Source: a virus (Duplodnaviria > Heunggongvirae > Uroviricota > Caudoviricetes). Taken from it: DNA of 64,000 bases. The translations under genes and the position numbers were made by a program. Positions 48,976 through 58,147 of the stretch are shown here, one piece after another. The DNA is taken from positions 1 through 64,000 of IMG/VR virus record IMGVR_UViG_2700989400_000004; one strand, given 5' to 3'. Position 1 is the stretch's first letter, and every line of letters begins with the position of its first letter. The notes below the pieces were generated by a model that was given only the letters and a program-made list of their open reading frames with translations, was not told where the DNA came from and made no database searches.

Positions 48976-49203
48976 TTAACCCTCGACTACTTGCAGCCCA
49001 CGCCCCTTGTCGCCCACGAAGTCGCCCAAGCTGAACGTGTACGACCACGCCGGATTGATATAATTTTCATCAGCACCGTGAGCAATAAGGTCTTTACCCA
49101 AAATGACGCAGGTCACATCATCAGAGTGAATAACGTCTACCGTTTCACCGACTACGCGTTTTAATGACGGGTATCCGTGATCGTGCAAAAACTTAACCTT
49201 CAT
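48976..49203 (-). CDS. hypothetical protein (N-terminus duplicated at 49385-49452)
   Basis: 75 aa; MKVKFLHDHGYPS start region repeated nearly identically 260 bp upstream. Confidence 0.35.
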   Translation of the reverse strand: MKVKFLHDHGYPSLKRVVGETVDVIHSDDVTCVILGKDLIAHGADENYINPAWSYTFSLGDFVGDKGRGLQVVEG

Positions 49204-49375
49204 TATCCACCCCGTCTTTTTTGATTATTTTTCGAATCCCTTCAAAAATTTCCACGCTTGAGCTATCTATAATCATTTTTACATGTGGGTTATAGCGTTC
49301 CGATAGGTATTTTTGTATGTTTTCAATAGATTTAATAAACATCCGATCTTCATCTTTAGTAAAATTACTGTTCAT
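49193..49375 (-). CDS. hypothetical protein
   Basis: 60 aa island ORF. Confidence 0.3.
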   Translation of the reverse strand: MNSNFTKDEDRMFIKSIENIQKYLSERYNPHVKMIIDSSSVEIFEGIRKIIKKDGVDNEG

Positions 49376-49451
49376 AATTCAATCTCCTAGCGGTCAATGC
49401 TTATTAAAAAATTCAATGATGGGTAGCCGTGATCGTGCAAGAATTTAACTT

Positions 49452-49739
49452 TCATATTTCTTTCTCTTGTAAGACCAACAATACCGCCAGCATTTCCCCG
49501 TCATGTAATGGGTCTGGAATAGCAAAAAATATGTCGCTGTTTCTGTCCGGCACTACAACGCGCATATTTCCTTGTTTGTCTTCATGAACAAACCACGGCT
49601 TTTCGTGTGGCTCAAACATACCAAAAAGCAATTTAAGATCTATTTCTTCGCCCTTCGTGAATAACGATACATCCGTTGTGGCGATAACTAACGCTTTCTT
49701 GTCTGCCATTTTCTTCGCTCTCATTACTCTGTATCCCAT
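49452..49739 (-). CDS. hypothetical protein
   Basis: 95 aa island ORF. Confidence 0.35.
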   Translation of the reverse strand: MGYRVMRAKKMADKKALVIATTDVSLFTKGEEIDLKLLFGMFEPHEKPWFVHEDKQGNMRVVVPDRNSDIFFAIPDPLHDGEMLAVLLVLQEKEI

Positions 49740-49954
49740 CGTTCAATACTGATTAAAAAGTCCCGGATAGCGTGGCGCTCGTCTCGCGTAGGTTTGCGCT
49801 TCCGGTAAATTTTAAAATCAAACCATTCTTTTTCTTGTTCGAAATCCAGATCGTAAGCAAGCGCCTCAATATATCCGCATTCGTGATACTGGTACGCTAC
49901 GCCAGCACGAACAAAAAAGCGGGTTTTATCCCGCTTATGCTCATAGATACGCAT
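49724..49954 (-). CDS. hypothetical protein
   Basis: 76 aa island ORF. Confidence 0.3.
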   Translation of the reverse strand: MRIYEHKRDKTRFFVRAGVAYQYHECGYIEALAYDLDFEQEKEWFDFKIYRKRKPTRDERHAIRDFLISIERWDTE

Positions 49955-49964
49955 ATTTCCCCCG

Positions 49965-50195
49965 CTATGCAGTCGTGTAGCTGTCTACTAACTTCTCATC
50001 CTTCATTCTGGCAAGCTGGCTAATATTCATCGTGTAGCCGCCATCAGAGAAAAGCCACTCCGCCGCCTTGCGACGAAAAGTAGTATCATCATGGTTGCGC
50101 GTCCATGTGGCGATCACCACGCGCTTTCCGTCAGTGGCAAACATAGATAATTCATTATCAACTACGTCGATAGCCTGCCAGATTTTTAGCTCCAT
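49965..50195 (-). CDS. hypothetical protein
   Basis: 76 aa island ORF. Confidence 0.3.
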   Translation of the reverse strand: MELKIWQAIDVVDNELSMFATDGKRVVIATWTRNHDDTTFRRKAAEWLFSDGGYTMNISQLARMKDEKLVDSYTTA

Positions 50196-50551
50196 GATTT
50201 ATCCCCGTAAATTTTGAATAATTCCTGTGCTTCCTGATCTTCGAATAACTTCATATGCAGATCATGCAGGCGTCGCATTGTGCGGAAGCGTGGTCTGAAT
50301 TCTTGACTTCGTTTAATGCATTTACCACCTATTGAGTAAATATGTCCGTATGAATACCATCTGTTACCTACCCAAATTTGATATTCTTCACCATCATAGT
50401 TAATTTTGATTGTAAACTCGTCAACCTCCATTATTAATCCTTTATCGAGGATATCATTTAACATATCATCCCATTCTTTGAGAAATGGCTGTTGATAGAA
50501 ACCGAAAAGTGTATTTGCAGCGTGGCAAAGGTAATCAAGGATTATTTGCAT
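50186..50551 (-). CDS. hypothetical protein
   Basis: 121 aa island ORF. Confidence 0.35.
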   Translation of the reverse strand: MQIILDYLCHAANTLFGFYQQPFLKEWDDMLNDILDKGLIMEVDEFTIKINYDGEEYQIWVGNRWYSYGHIYSIGGKCIKRSQEFRPRFRTMRRLHDLHMKLFEDQEAQELFKIYGDKSWS

Positions 50552-50555
50552 ATTA

Positions 50556-50774
50556 TCACCACATCATATAGTAAACGTTATCATCAGCTAATGCGTCGGC
50601 GTCTTCCTGCGTCATGTGCCGCGCTTCCAGAAAGAAATCATCATCATGCCATTCACTAACAAGCATACGCGCCCATTTACGGCGGCGTCGCTTATTGCGT
50701 CGCAGATCATCAAAAGCCATTAATGCTTTGTCGTATGCCCTTACAAGGCGCTTACGGTTACTTTTCATTTTCAC
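50556..50774 (-). CDS. hypothetical basic protein
   Basis: 72 aa, Arg/Lys-rich. Confidence 0.3.
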   Translation of the reverse strand: MKMKSNRKRLVRAYDKALMAFDDLRRNKRRRRKWARMLVSEWHDDDFFLEARHMTQEDADALADDNVYYMMW

Positions 50775-51069
50775 CTCTCAACATCCAATTTCTGTCACAT
50801 TTAATTGCGAATACCTTAACAGGATCAGGGCCGAATAATGGATGAGTGATAGTTTTTACTTCGTACCCAAAATAAGGAAGGTTAATAATCCTGTGTTTTT
50901 CGTGGTTGGCAGGGTATCCCCATTTAATAATCAGGCGTTCATATTCCCGCCCTTCAAGACGTTTACGCCAATAGTCATTATAAAGCCGGTATTCCTCCAC
51001 CTTCTTTCCAGTCCATATGGCGTGAAAGTATTCACCTTTCAGATTCAAATGTAGGTCTTTACTTGCCAT
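50758..51069 (-). CDS. hypothetical protein
   Basis: 103 aa island ORF. Confidence 0.35.
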   Translation of the reverse strand: MASKDLHLNLKGEYFHAIWTGKKVEEYRLYNDYWRKRLEGREYERLIIKWGYPANHEKHRIINLPYFGYEVKTITHPLFGPDPVKVFAIKCDRNWMLRGENEK

Positions 51070-51331
51070 CGCTATGATCCTGTAAACAGTCGTTATAGCC
51101 TTCTATATATCCGGTTAATCCGGTGTTACTCACTGACCATTCAGCCGTCCGGCGCTTGATGGCCTCGTCCATCGTGATTTCACCTTTGCGATGACATCCG
51201 GCATCAATATAGCGGTTAACAACCGAAGATAGCCGCCCGCGTAGCTGTTGTGTTCCGGCGTAATATCGGGCCGTATCCGCAAGCTCGTTAATCAACTGGC
51301 GGTAAATATGTTCTTTTAATTTAGGCTTCAT
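51059..51331 (-). CDS. hypothetical protein
   Basis: About 90 aa from internal ATG. Confidence 0.3.
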   Translation of the reverse strand: MKPKLKEHIYRQLINELADTARYYAGTQQLRGRLSSVVNRYIDAGCHRKGEITMDEAIKRRTAEWSVSNTGLTGYIEGYNDCLQDHSDGK

Positions 51332-51521
51332 TATCGTCACCCCGCTTGTAAATTTTGACAGGCTTAATAGGGATGGCGGGCAATTCGCCTTCATTTAATG
51401 CGCTTGCCATACCCAATATTAAACGCGCTTCCGCACCAGTGACTTTCTTACACCATGCGCCGCCTTTTTTATCTTGAAATAAGATAACAGCAAACTGATC
51501 GTTTATTTCCAGCTTATCCAT
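51321..51521 (-). CDS. hypothetical small protein immediately downstream of Q
   Basis: 66 aa; may instead be leader of late transcript. Confidence 0.25.
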   Translation of the reverse strand: MDKLEINDQFAVILFQDKKGGAWCKKVTGAEARLILGMASALNEGELPAIPIKPVKIYKRGDDNEA

Positions 51522-52249
51522 TATTCACCCCGTGTAACTCGTTTAATTTCGCTTTCAGCGCGGGCCTCTTCTTTGAATAGCTCAGCTATGGCGTCTTCAT
51601 AGAAAACCCGGTATTTCTTCCACCATGTTGATCGGCTTACCGGAAAAACAAGCTGATTAACCGCCTGCCGGACGAGATCTACAGGGAAACGCGAGTACCC
51701 GCGCCCGCCGCAATGCTGGCACGTTTTGAATACTGGCATTTCCGCCGCTTCGCTGGCTGTTTTATCCGGTACTTCGCCGCGCCCCTTGCACCGCTGGCAA
51801 TGGTTTTTAACGTAGCCTTTGCCGCCGCACCGTGCGCAAATTGTTGATGTGTATTCGCATTCATGGTGAGGTAAAAGCCCGTTACCGCCGCACTTAGGGC
51901 AAACTTTTTCGGTCGCCGCACTCTGGCAATAATCCCGAAACGCGAAAACGGCAACAAGAATAATAAGTCCATTGCGCTGATCCTCGTTTAACTCCATCAC
52001 GTATTCGTAATCTTTTGCCATCGATTTTAAGCGGTCTATAAGCAACGACACGGCTTTATTTTTTTCAGCTTGCGATAGCTCCATCTTTCCCAAAAAAGCG
52101 CTATAACCCAGTGTTACGCGCGATTGCGCCATACCCGCAGCGGTTAGCGCATCCGTTGTATTAAGCGCATCCGGGGACGTGCCCCGGCTTTCATCTGATA
52201 ATCGCGGTGATTTGGGAAAGTGGAATTTCAGAATGGATTCTAAATTCAT
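51521..52249 (-). CDS. late-gene antitermination protein Q (lambda Q family)
   Basis: N-terminal MNLESILKFHFPKSPRLSDE...AAGMAQS closely parallels recalled lambda Q N-terminus; CxxC zinc-binding pairs. Confidence 0.75.
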   Translation of the reverse strand: MNLESILKFHFPKSPRLSDESRGTSPDALNTTDALTAAGMAQSRVTLGYSAFLGKMELSQAEKNKAVSLLIDRLKSMAKDYEYVMELNEDQRNGLIILVAVFAFRDYCQSAATEKVCPKCGGNGLLPHHECEYTSTICARCGGKGYVKNHCQRCKGRGEVPDKTASEAAEMPVFKTCQHCGGRGYSRFPVDLVRQAVNQLVFPVSRSTWWKKYRVFYEDAIAELFKEEARAESEIKRVTRGE

Positions 52250-52464
52250 TATTTGCCCCCGTAACGCGCTGCCAGTCGTTTACGATCAGAAATAGACTGG
52301 ACTAACTTTCTCTCAAGCTCTTTCAGTGCTAGCAATTCGCGCATGTGAAAAGCCTGGATTTGTCGGACCGTCTCTAAATCATGCTCGTCGCGCTGAATAC
52401 CTATTTGCAGATCTTTAATTTCGTTTTTCATTGTCACCCCACATATTAGTCGCGTATTCGTCAA
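52249..52464 (-). CDS. hypothetical small protein
   Basis: 71 aa between RusA and Q. Confidence 0.3.
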   Translation of the reverse strand: MTNTRLICGVTMKNEIKDLQIGIQRDEHDLETVRQIQAFHMRELLALKELERKLVQSISDRKRLAARYGGK

Positions 52465-52834
52465 TATCCGGTAGTAGGTCGCCGCGTTCGCGGATCTTAA
52501 TAAACAAGCGCCCGCCTTTTACCTTCCGGCAGCGGACAATTTTTATTGAGTCGATTTGCCCGTCATCCTTCCAGAATCCGGCATAAGTAAGGCTGTCAAA
52601 AAGGCATTTAGGGATATTGTCCAGATCTCTGATCCGGTTATCCGGCGGCGCGGCATAAATGGCGATTGCCAGTCGGCAAGATAGGTTAATGTTTAAATTT
52701 AATAGCTCGATGATGTCTCTTACTTGTTCCCTGTATTCCTTCCCCACTTTGCTGATATAGTGAAAACCGCGCGAATGTCGGTAATAGCGGTTATTCGACG
52801 GCGGGTAAGGCAGGCTAAAAGAATATTCATTCAT
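52415..52834 (-). CDS. rusA: Holliday junction resolvase RusA
   Basis: SLPYPPSNNRYYRHSRG...RDLDNIPKCLFDSLTYAGFWKDDGQI matches recalled RusA signature. Confidence 0.8.
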   Translation of the reverse strand: MNEYSFSLPYPPSNNRYYRHSRGFHYISKVGKEYREQVRDIIELLNLNINLSCRLAIAIYAAPPDNRIRDLDNIPKCLFDSLTYAGFWKDDGQIDSIKIVRCRKVKGGRLFIKIRERGDLLPDIDEYATNMWGDNEKRN

Positions 52835-53436
52835 GCTGCCTTTCTCCTTAAGGCGTCCAATTTAGCCTGATAGATGTTTATTAGCTCCTTACATTCTGCG
52901 ATCGTCCATTTATGCGTATCATTGTTGTTTTCCAGTGCTACCACCCTTGCGAGGCCAATTTTTCGAATCAGTGCCGGGCGATACCCTCCTATGTTTCCGT
53001 CTAATGTCTGGTTGCAGTGCCTGCATTGTTTATGGCAATTATCCTCGTTAAAGCGAAGGTGTCCTGCGGCGGCAACCGTCCTGTAATGGCCCGCATCCCA
53101 CCCGCATTGCTCACCGTAGTAAGTCCCGCAGGATATACACGGCAAGCGCGCGTCACGTTCGCGGATATAGGCGTTGAATACGTTTTGAACTTGCTTGATC
53201 CAGTAGCTGCGCGGATTTAACTGTTTCCGCTTCCGGTTGCGTTCTTCCCGCTGGCTATCGCGGCGTTTCTTCCGTTCCATCGCCTTCATAGCCTTTTCAC
53301 GGTCGCGGCATAGCTGATCAAACTTCAGTTCTTCCAGACATTCATCGCTGCACCACGTCTGATTGTGATATTTAGGCTCAAAAAAAACGCCGCAGCACTT
53401 GCAACGGCGTCTTATGGGTTTTTTAGGGTTTTGCAT
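52831..53436 (-). CDS. NinG/Rap-like recombination protein
   Basis: Cys-rich N-terminus and HYRTVAAAGHLRFNE...CHKQCRHCN; start at internal ATG. Confidence 0.6.
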   Translation of the reverse strand: MQNPKKPIRRRCKCCGVFFEPKYHNQTWCSDECLEELKFDQLCRDREKAMKAMERKKRRDSQREERNRKRKQLNPRSYWIKQVQNVFNAYIRERDARLPCISCGTYYGEQCGWDAGHYRTVAAAGHLRFNEDNCHKQCRHCNQTLDGNIGGYRPALIRKIGLARVVALENNNDTHKWTIAECKELINIYQAKLDALRRKAA

Positions 53437-53790
53437 AAAATCCACCCCAATTATTTTCGATTTTCGATTTCGTTCGGCTTTGCGGCGGCTCCGGCCCTTA
53501 GCCAATGATCTACGCATTTGTTGCACTCGTTACAGTCTCCTTTGTTTGGGTTACACAAATTGCACATTGCCCGCATTACGCATTCGCGCTCGTAGTCGTC
53601 ATGCCACGCATACCTGTCATCGTTCATAATTTGATCTCCTTCTGTTAGGCGATGTGTTTCCGCATTTCAGCGGGGCCGGATTTTTAAAGAGCATTTCGTT
53701 TGATTGCAGTATACAAAATGGATGCACCTGGACAAAGTAAAAAGCGCCATTATGTGACGCTAATCACACAATGACGCCATTTTGTAAACT

Positions 53791-54555
53791 TTAGTCCGGT
53801 AAAACGCGGTTAAGCGTCGTCCGCGTGATGGCCCGGTCGTTAGCCAGGAATACAGCACGGGCGAAGCCGCGCGGCGTTAGTGAGCGGATCATCTTAGTGC
53901 GCTTCGACTTTCCGCCTAACTTCGCGTGCTGCTTACTGTCTTCCCATTCATCCGGCATTGGTACAGGCCGGAATAGCGGCTGCTTAAATCCATTCCCACA
54001 CCAAATACATGTTTTCTTCGTGTAGGCGTCGCGGGCGGCGATGTATTCCGGGAAAGCGGGATGTTTATCATCTTCCGGCAGGTAGCCACCATAAGCGCAC
54101 GGATTGAAGATAAAATCCGGTTTACGCCATAACGTTGATAGTGCGCCTACCGGATTTTCTACCATCCACGGCACGTTATACATATTCGCCAGTTTTTCTA
54201 CCAGTTTTGCGTTATGCGCCGCCTTCACCTGGAAGTCAGGGTCTTTTTTCCGTTTATCAGCGAACCAGCGAGCGCCTGAAACGGCGAGATTGTCGCATGG
54301 AGGAAAGCCCAGGATAATGTCAGGATCTGGATATACAGACAATTCAGGGGAGAACATTACCAGGAAATGGCTATCAATCCAGACATTGACATATTCAATA
54401 TTGGGATGAATTATTTTTACCCCGTCATAATCCCCGTGATTAGCGCCGTCATAGTTGAAGCAATAACATTTATAACCAGCGTCCGCCCAATCTTTAACGG
54501 CGTACCCGCTGCCGTCATATAGCGACCACACCACCCAATTTCTAAGCCCGCTCAT
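53791..54555 (-). CDS. putative DNA (cytosine-5)-methyltransferase-like protein
   Basis: Motif I-like SLYDGSGYA, motif IV-like GFPPCDNLAVSG, motif VI-like MVENPVG; short (254 aa). Confidence 0.5.
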   Translation of the reverse strand: MSGLRNWVVWSLYDGSGYAVKDWADAGYKCYCFNYDGANHGDYDGVKIIHPNIEYVNVWIDSHFLVMFSPELSVYPDPDIILGFPPCDNLAVSGARWFADKRKKDPDFQVKAAHNAKLVEKLANMYNVPWMVENPVGALSTLWRKPDFIFNPCAYGGYLPEDDKHPAFPEYIAARDAYTKKTCIWCGNGFKQPLFRPVPMPDEWEDSKQHAKLGGKSKRTKMIRSLTPRGFARAVFLANDRAITRTTLNRVLPD

Positions 54556-55055
54556 TTTCTACCCTCAAACGTGAAATAGCGGCGCATGATGATAGTAATC
54601 ACCGTTACCGCTGCCATTTTTGAGATAAATTGCATAGCTGATATTTCCGGCATAAATGCCATAAACGATAGCGTTGGGAAAATTAACGCATCACCTATGG
54701 CGGACGCTATATTTGCAGGCCATCGTTTTGAATCAAAGTCACCAGGCAAAACCCGGTAAACGCCGCCAGAAATAAGCGCACCGGAAACAACCGCGACAAA
54801 TGACGCGATCGCCACCATTCCGGCATCGTAATTTATCAGCACAGTGATTGCGCCAGCGGCGGCGCATGTTGTAGCCGACCATTTCAGGCCGCCGTCATAT
54901 AACAGGAAGTCACGGATCATCATATTGACACACACAGCGGCTACCGTGGTGATCGGAATTACCCACGGGCCGCAATGGTTAACAATAAGATTGATGATCA
55001 CGAAAACGGCGACATAAACGCAGGCTAATAACCTGTCAATTGTCACCCTTTCCAT
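54552..55055 (-). CDS. integral membrane protein (possible VUT/YhhQ-like fold, weak)
   Basis: About 167 aa, multiple hydrophobic helices. Confidence 0.4.
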   Translation of the reverse strand: MERVTIDRLLACVYVAVFVIINLIVNHCGPWVIPITTVAAVCVNMMIRDFLLYDGGLKWSATTCAAAGAITVLINYDAGMVAIASFVAVVSGALISGGVYRVLPGDFDSKRWPANIASAIGDALIFPTLSFMAFMPEISAMQFISKMAAVTVITIIMRRYFTFEGRK

Positions 55056-55557
55056 TTTTATGATACCCCGCCGCGCGTAATAGTGATTCGTTGTCAAACT
55101 TCACATCAAGCCGATTAATAATCTCACCACCGTTAAACATCACAGTTGGGATTGTCCCTGGTGCAATAGATGGCTCTGGTCCAGCAAGATCAGCAAAAGT
55201 TTTCTTCAATCCACCGATAGGGAGATCAAAAACGCCCTGTTTTTTCTTTTGTTCTTCCTCCCGCTCCGTTAATATTTGCTCCGCTTTTAGCGCGTTGTAG
55301 CTAATCAAATCAATTAGCGTGTCTGTCGGATCGCTATTATTGCTCAAAATAGCTTCTAATCGCGCCTCCTTGAGACAAATTAGTAGATCCCATACATCAA
55401 GCGGGGTTAAATTTGCCCCCTTCTTAGCGTTGTAAATAGCGGCTATTTTTGGCGCTGATTTTTCCTCTTTTTTGTCGTATCCGTTTTGCTTACCTCTTTG
55501 CTCTATGGTTTCCGCCGCAAGTCTCAATAAATCTGTTGCCTTAGTCATTATTTGCAC
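55036..55557 (-). CDS. hypothetical protein
   Basis: 173 aa between Dam and membrane protein. Confidence 0.4.
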   Translation of the reverse strand: MQIMTKATDLLRLAAETIEQRGKQNGYDKKEEKSAPKIAAIYNAKKGANLTPLDVWDLLICLKEARLEAILSNNSDPTDTLIDLISYNALKAEQILTEREEEQKKKQGVFDLPIGGLKKTFADLAGPEPSIAPGTIPTVMFNGGEIINRLDVKFDNESLLRAAGYHKNGKGDN

Positions 55558-56029
55558 CTCTTGCGTATAGCTCTTTACGTGTTATCTGCGTGAAAATACA
55601 TTCATGTTTGCACCGTGGATGCCAGATCAAGAACAAGCTCCCTTTATTGTTTCCGCTTGCTGGCTTACCCGTCGCAGCATTAATAAACGCCAGCCGCCCG
55701 CGCGTGATTAAGCGACATTCGCTTGCCGTCTCCAGGCCGTTCATAAACCAGTTAACAGAGATATCAGCGGGCAACAACATTACACAGCCAATATGATTTC
55801 GGTGATGTTCCATCGCTGCCTTATCTACGAATGGCCCCGGATTCGAATATGGCGGATTAAGCCAGACATATTCACCAGGCATTGCTACCGCTCCCCACGG
55901 ATAATGGAGTGTGTCCATCTCTTCGGTTATATATCGCGGAACTAATGCGTTTGCCTTGTTTGCCGCCACATCCGCGACGAATTCGAATTCACGGTCCATT
56001 CCTCTAAAACGGGTTTTGGCGTTTGCCAT
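55541..56029 (-). CDS. phage-type DNA N-6-adenine methyltransferase (Dam family)
   Basis: VWLNPPYS catalytic motif and GCVMLLPADISVNWF...GRLAF. Confidence 0.7.
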   Translation of the reverse strand: MANAKTRFRGMDREFEFVADVAANKANALVPRYITEEMDTLHYPWGAVAMPGEYVWLNPPYSNPGPFVDKAAMEHHRNHIGCVMLLPADISVNWFMNGLETASECRLITRGRLAFINAATGKPASGNNKGSLFLIWHPRCKHECIFTQITRKELYARGANND

Positions 56030-56088
56030 AAGTCCTTTATTTCTTTTGGCGTATGGCTTCCGCCGTAATCATTTTTCATTACGCCCCC

Positions 56089-56436
56089 TTAGAAATAATC
56101 CTGATCTGCTCCCCAGCGGTTATTCAGATATCCCACCAACCACACAAAACGCTCAATACTGATTAGCGGGGCGACCTTGCGATAATGCTTATCTAATATC
56201 AGCCGCGTGGCTTTATCGCTATATCCGTTTCTTTCTACCTCTGCTTTGCAGGCAGAAAGCGCCGCGCGTGCGGCAGTTTTTACGGCGTTGAATTGCGGCT
56301 CTGACAGGTTGAATAAAGCCATATAATCACCACGGATCATCTCAATAAGTCGAGGCCACCCAGAAAAAACCCACGAAAACACTAAAAGCGAATAGCACGC
56401 GTATACCCAAAAGCAATTCCGCCCACGACTGAACAT
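56089..56436 (-). CDS. hypothetical protein
   Basis: ORF in early leftward operon; start uncertain. Confidence 0.3.
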   Translation of the reverse strand: MFSRGRNCFWVYACYSLLVFSWVFSGWPRLIEMIRGDYMALFNLSEPQFNAVKTAARAALSACKAEVERNGYSDKATRLILDKHYRKVAPLISIERFVWLVGYLNNRWGADQDYF

Positions 56437-56563
56437 CAGGAAGCGACCATGTGATAAACATTGCGCCGACGATCAGGACGGCAATAACAACGGCGCACGC
56501 CAGGAAAAATAAAAGCGCGGCTGAAAGCCACGCCCCAAAAAAGTGAAACACTTCTCTTAACAT
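56342..56563 (-). CDS. hypothetical membrane protein
   Basis: 73 aa, two hydrophobic helices. Confidence 0.3.
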   Translation of the reverse strand: MLREVFHFFGAWLSAALLFFLACAVVIAVLIVGAMFITWSLPDVQSWAELLLGIRVLFAFSVFVGFFWVASTY

Positions 56564-56767
56564 TTAAACGTCCTCAATTACCCCGCCTTTCACGCGTTCT
56601 TTAATATCCCATACGTGAGGCTTACACATTTCTTGATAATAGTGATCCGGCCTGCTGCCGAAATACCATTTGCCATCCATATAAAAATAAACGCCCGAAA
56701 AATTACCAGGTGCGGCCTTTGTTGCTGCTTCTGGAATTTTCCATTCTCTGTAGTGTTTAAACTTCAT
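56564..56767 (-). CDS. hypothetical protein
   Basis: 67 aa. Confidence 0.3.
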   Translation of the reverse strand: MKFKHYREWKIPEAATKAAPGNFSGVYFYMDGKWYFGSRPDHYYQEMCKPHVWDIKERVKGGVIEDV

Positions 56768-56960
56768 ACATTAACACCGCCTTTTTAAGTTCGCTTAATT
56801 CAAAGTGCATCAAGCGAAAATGCTGTACACCGCCAACAATACTGACCTGATAAATATCACCAACGCAGTTATAGTAATAACAACCCAATTGACCGATTCC
56901 GGCTAATTTAGCGTTATCCGGTATCATGTATTCGCCAACCTTTTTCATATTCAGCCTCAC
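56757..56960 (-). CDS. hypothetical protein
   Basis: 67 aa. Confidence 0.3.
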   Translation of the reverse strand: MRLNMKKVGEYMIPDNAKLAGIGQLGCYYYNCVGDIYQVSIVGGVQHFRLMHFELSELKKAVLMYEV

Positions 56961-57058
56961 AAATATTTTTCAATCACCCAGCGGAGAAACAAACCAACCG
57001 CCACGATCCCCCAGCAACAAACCATGAAGTAAAACTCGGCCTCATTCGCACTCATTCC

Positions 57059-57545
57059 TTACCTCCCGTGGTTTTCATGATACCCGTACTCGATTTCAGC
57101 TTTACGCCTCGCTTCGATCGCTTCATCTATGCTATCTGAGTAGCATAGATATTTTTTCTTTCCGTCAACGGTAATATAAGATCTCCATTTCTGAGTTAAT
57201 TTATCCCAATAAACACCCGTGCATCCAGAAGTGTTATTTTTCTGCTTAGCTCTATTCTTTGCGTTTTCCTGTCTCGTCACTATTCGAAGGTTATCAAGCC
57301 TATTATTAAGGCGATTATGTCTATATGGTCTATTTGATAGCCTTCCGGGATTGGGCCGTTGTGCATCTCCCATATTATCCTGTGAACGCAATACCTTTTC
57401 CCGCAAAACATAAACCCCTGTACCCACCCTCATACAGAGTACTCCCTGCTACGTCTCCGGCTTTAACCCTGAAACCAGTAGGTTTCTTCCAAATTAGATT
57501 GACTCCGTCGTAATAAAACCACTCTCGCCAGTCAATAGCGTCCAT
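57059..57545 (-). pseudogene. HNH homing endonuclease (HNH plus AP2-like domain) disrupted by two frameshifts
   Basis: Frame 1 MDAIDW...GYRGLCFAGK; frame 3 RYCVHRIIWEMHNGPIPEGYQIDHID; frame 2 NRLNNRLDNLRIVTRQEN...GVYWDK...EEAIEARRKAEIEYG; shifts near GGAAAAGG and GACATAATC. Confidence 0.6.
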
Positions 57546-57635
57546 TGTGTTTTCCCTCTTCCCAAGCGAAATACCCGACAAAACCAACCAGAACAATCAA
57601 CCAGCAAGCCAGGATTAAATCAATCAGCCACATGA

Positions 57636-57875
57636 TTAAGCCTCCATAACCGCGTAATCGAAGCGCCCTAAATACATCTCGATGCCGATCATCTCGACGC
57701 CCTGGACGTCCGCGCCCCATACAGTTACGTGATAAGCGTCCTCCCGCCATTGTTCATGGCTTAGCACTTCGTTTGCTGGATATTTCCGCCCCGCGACGTA
57801 AGCGCCCGGACCTACGCCACCTTCTACGCAATACAGCATGATCTGGTTTTCCATATCGCACCTCGTTAATAGCAA
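57636..57875 (-). CDS. hypothetical protein
   Basis: 79 aa ORF; start uncertain. Confidence 0.3.
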   Translation of the reverse strand: MLLTRCDMENQIMLYCVEGGVGPGAYVAGRKYPANEVLSHEQWREDAYHVTVWGADVQGVEMIGIEMYLGRFDYAVMEA

Positions 57876-58048
57876 ACTGCGTACATACAGATCCCGTTGT
57901 TAAAGGCTTTGATGATCATGTCGATGACCATGTAAACGAGCATTACAGCCGCCGCTGGGACAAGGATCGCGAATAGTCCGCCTAACGTGCGCTCAATAAT
58001 GAAATGCGGGTTTACTTTGCTTTTGTGGTTACGTTCAAAGTTTGTCAT
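57866..58048 (-). CDS. hypothetical small membrane protein
   Basis: 60 aa, hydrophobic. Confidence 0.3.
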   Translation of the reverse strand: MTNFERNHKSKVNPHFIIERTLGGLFAILVPAAAVMLVYMVIDMIIKAFNNGICMYAVCY

Positions 58049-58147
58049 CTTCCCGCCCTCCGTGCTGTATACCTTTCGACTTCAGTTTACAAAACGGATA
58101 CAGCGGGACAATACAAAATGTATATTTATGTGATCGGTATCACGCGA

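Noticed and set aside
51679-51972. 97-aa alternative-frame ORF inside the Q gene
   Set aside because: Same strand, different frame of a gene with strong recognisable homology.
53791-56029. Complete 7-deazaguanine (queuosine-like) DNA modification system
   Set aside because: Only a weakly YhhQ-like membrane protein is present; no TGT/DpdA-, QueC-, QueD- or QueE-like genes are visible, so the methyltransferase interpretation is preferred.
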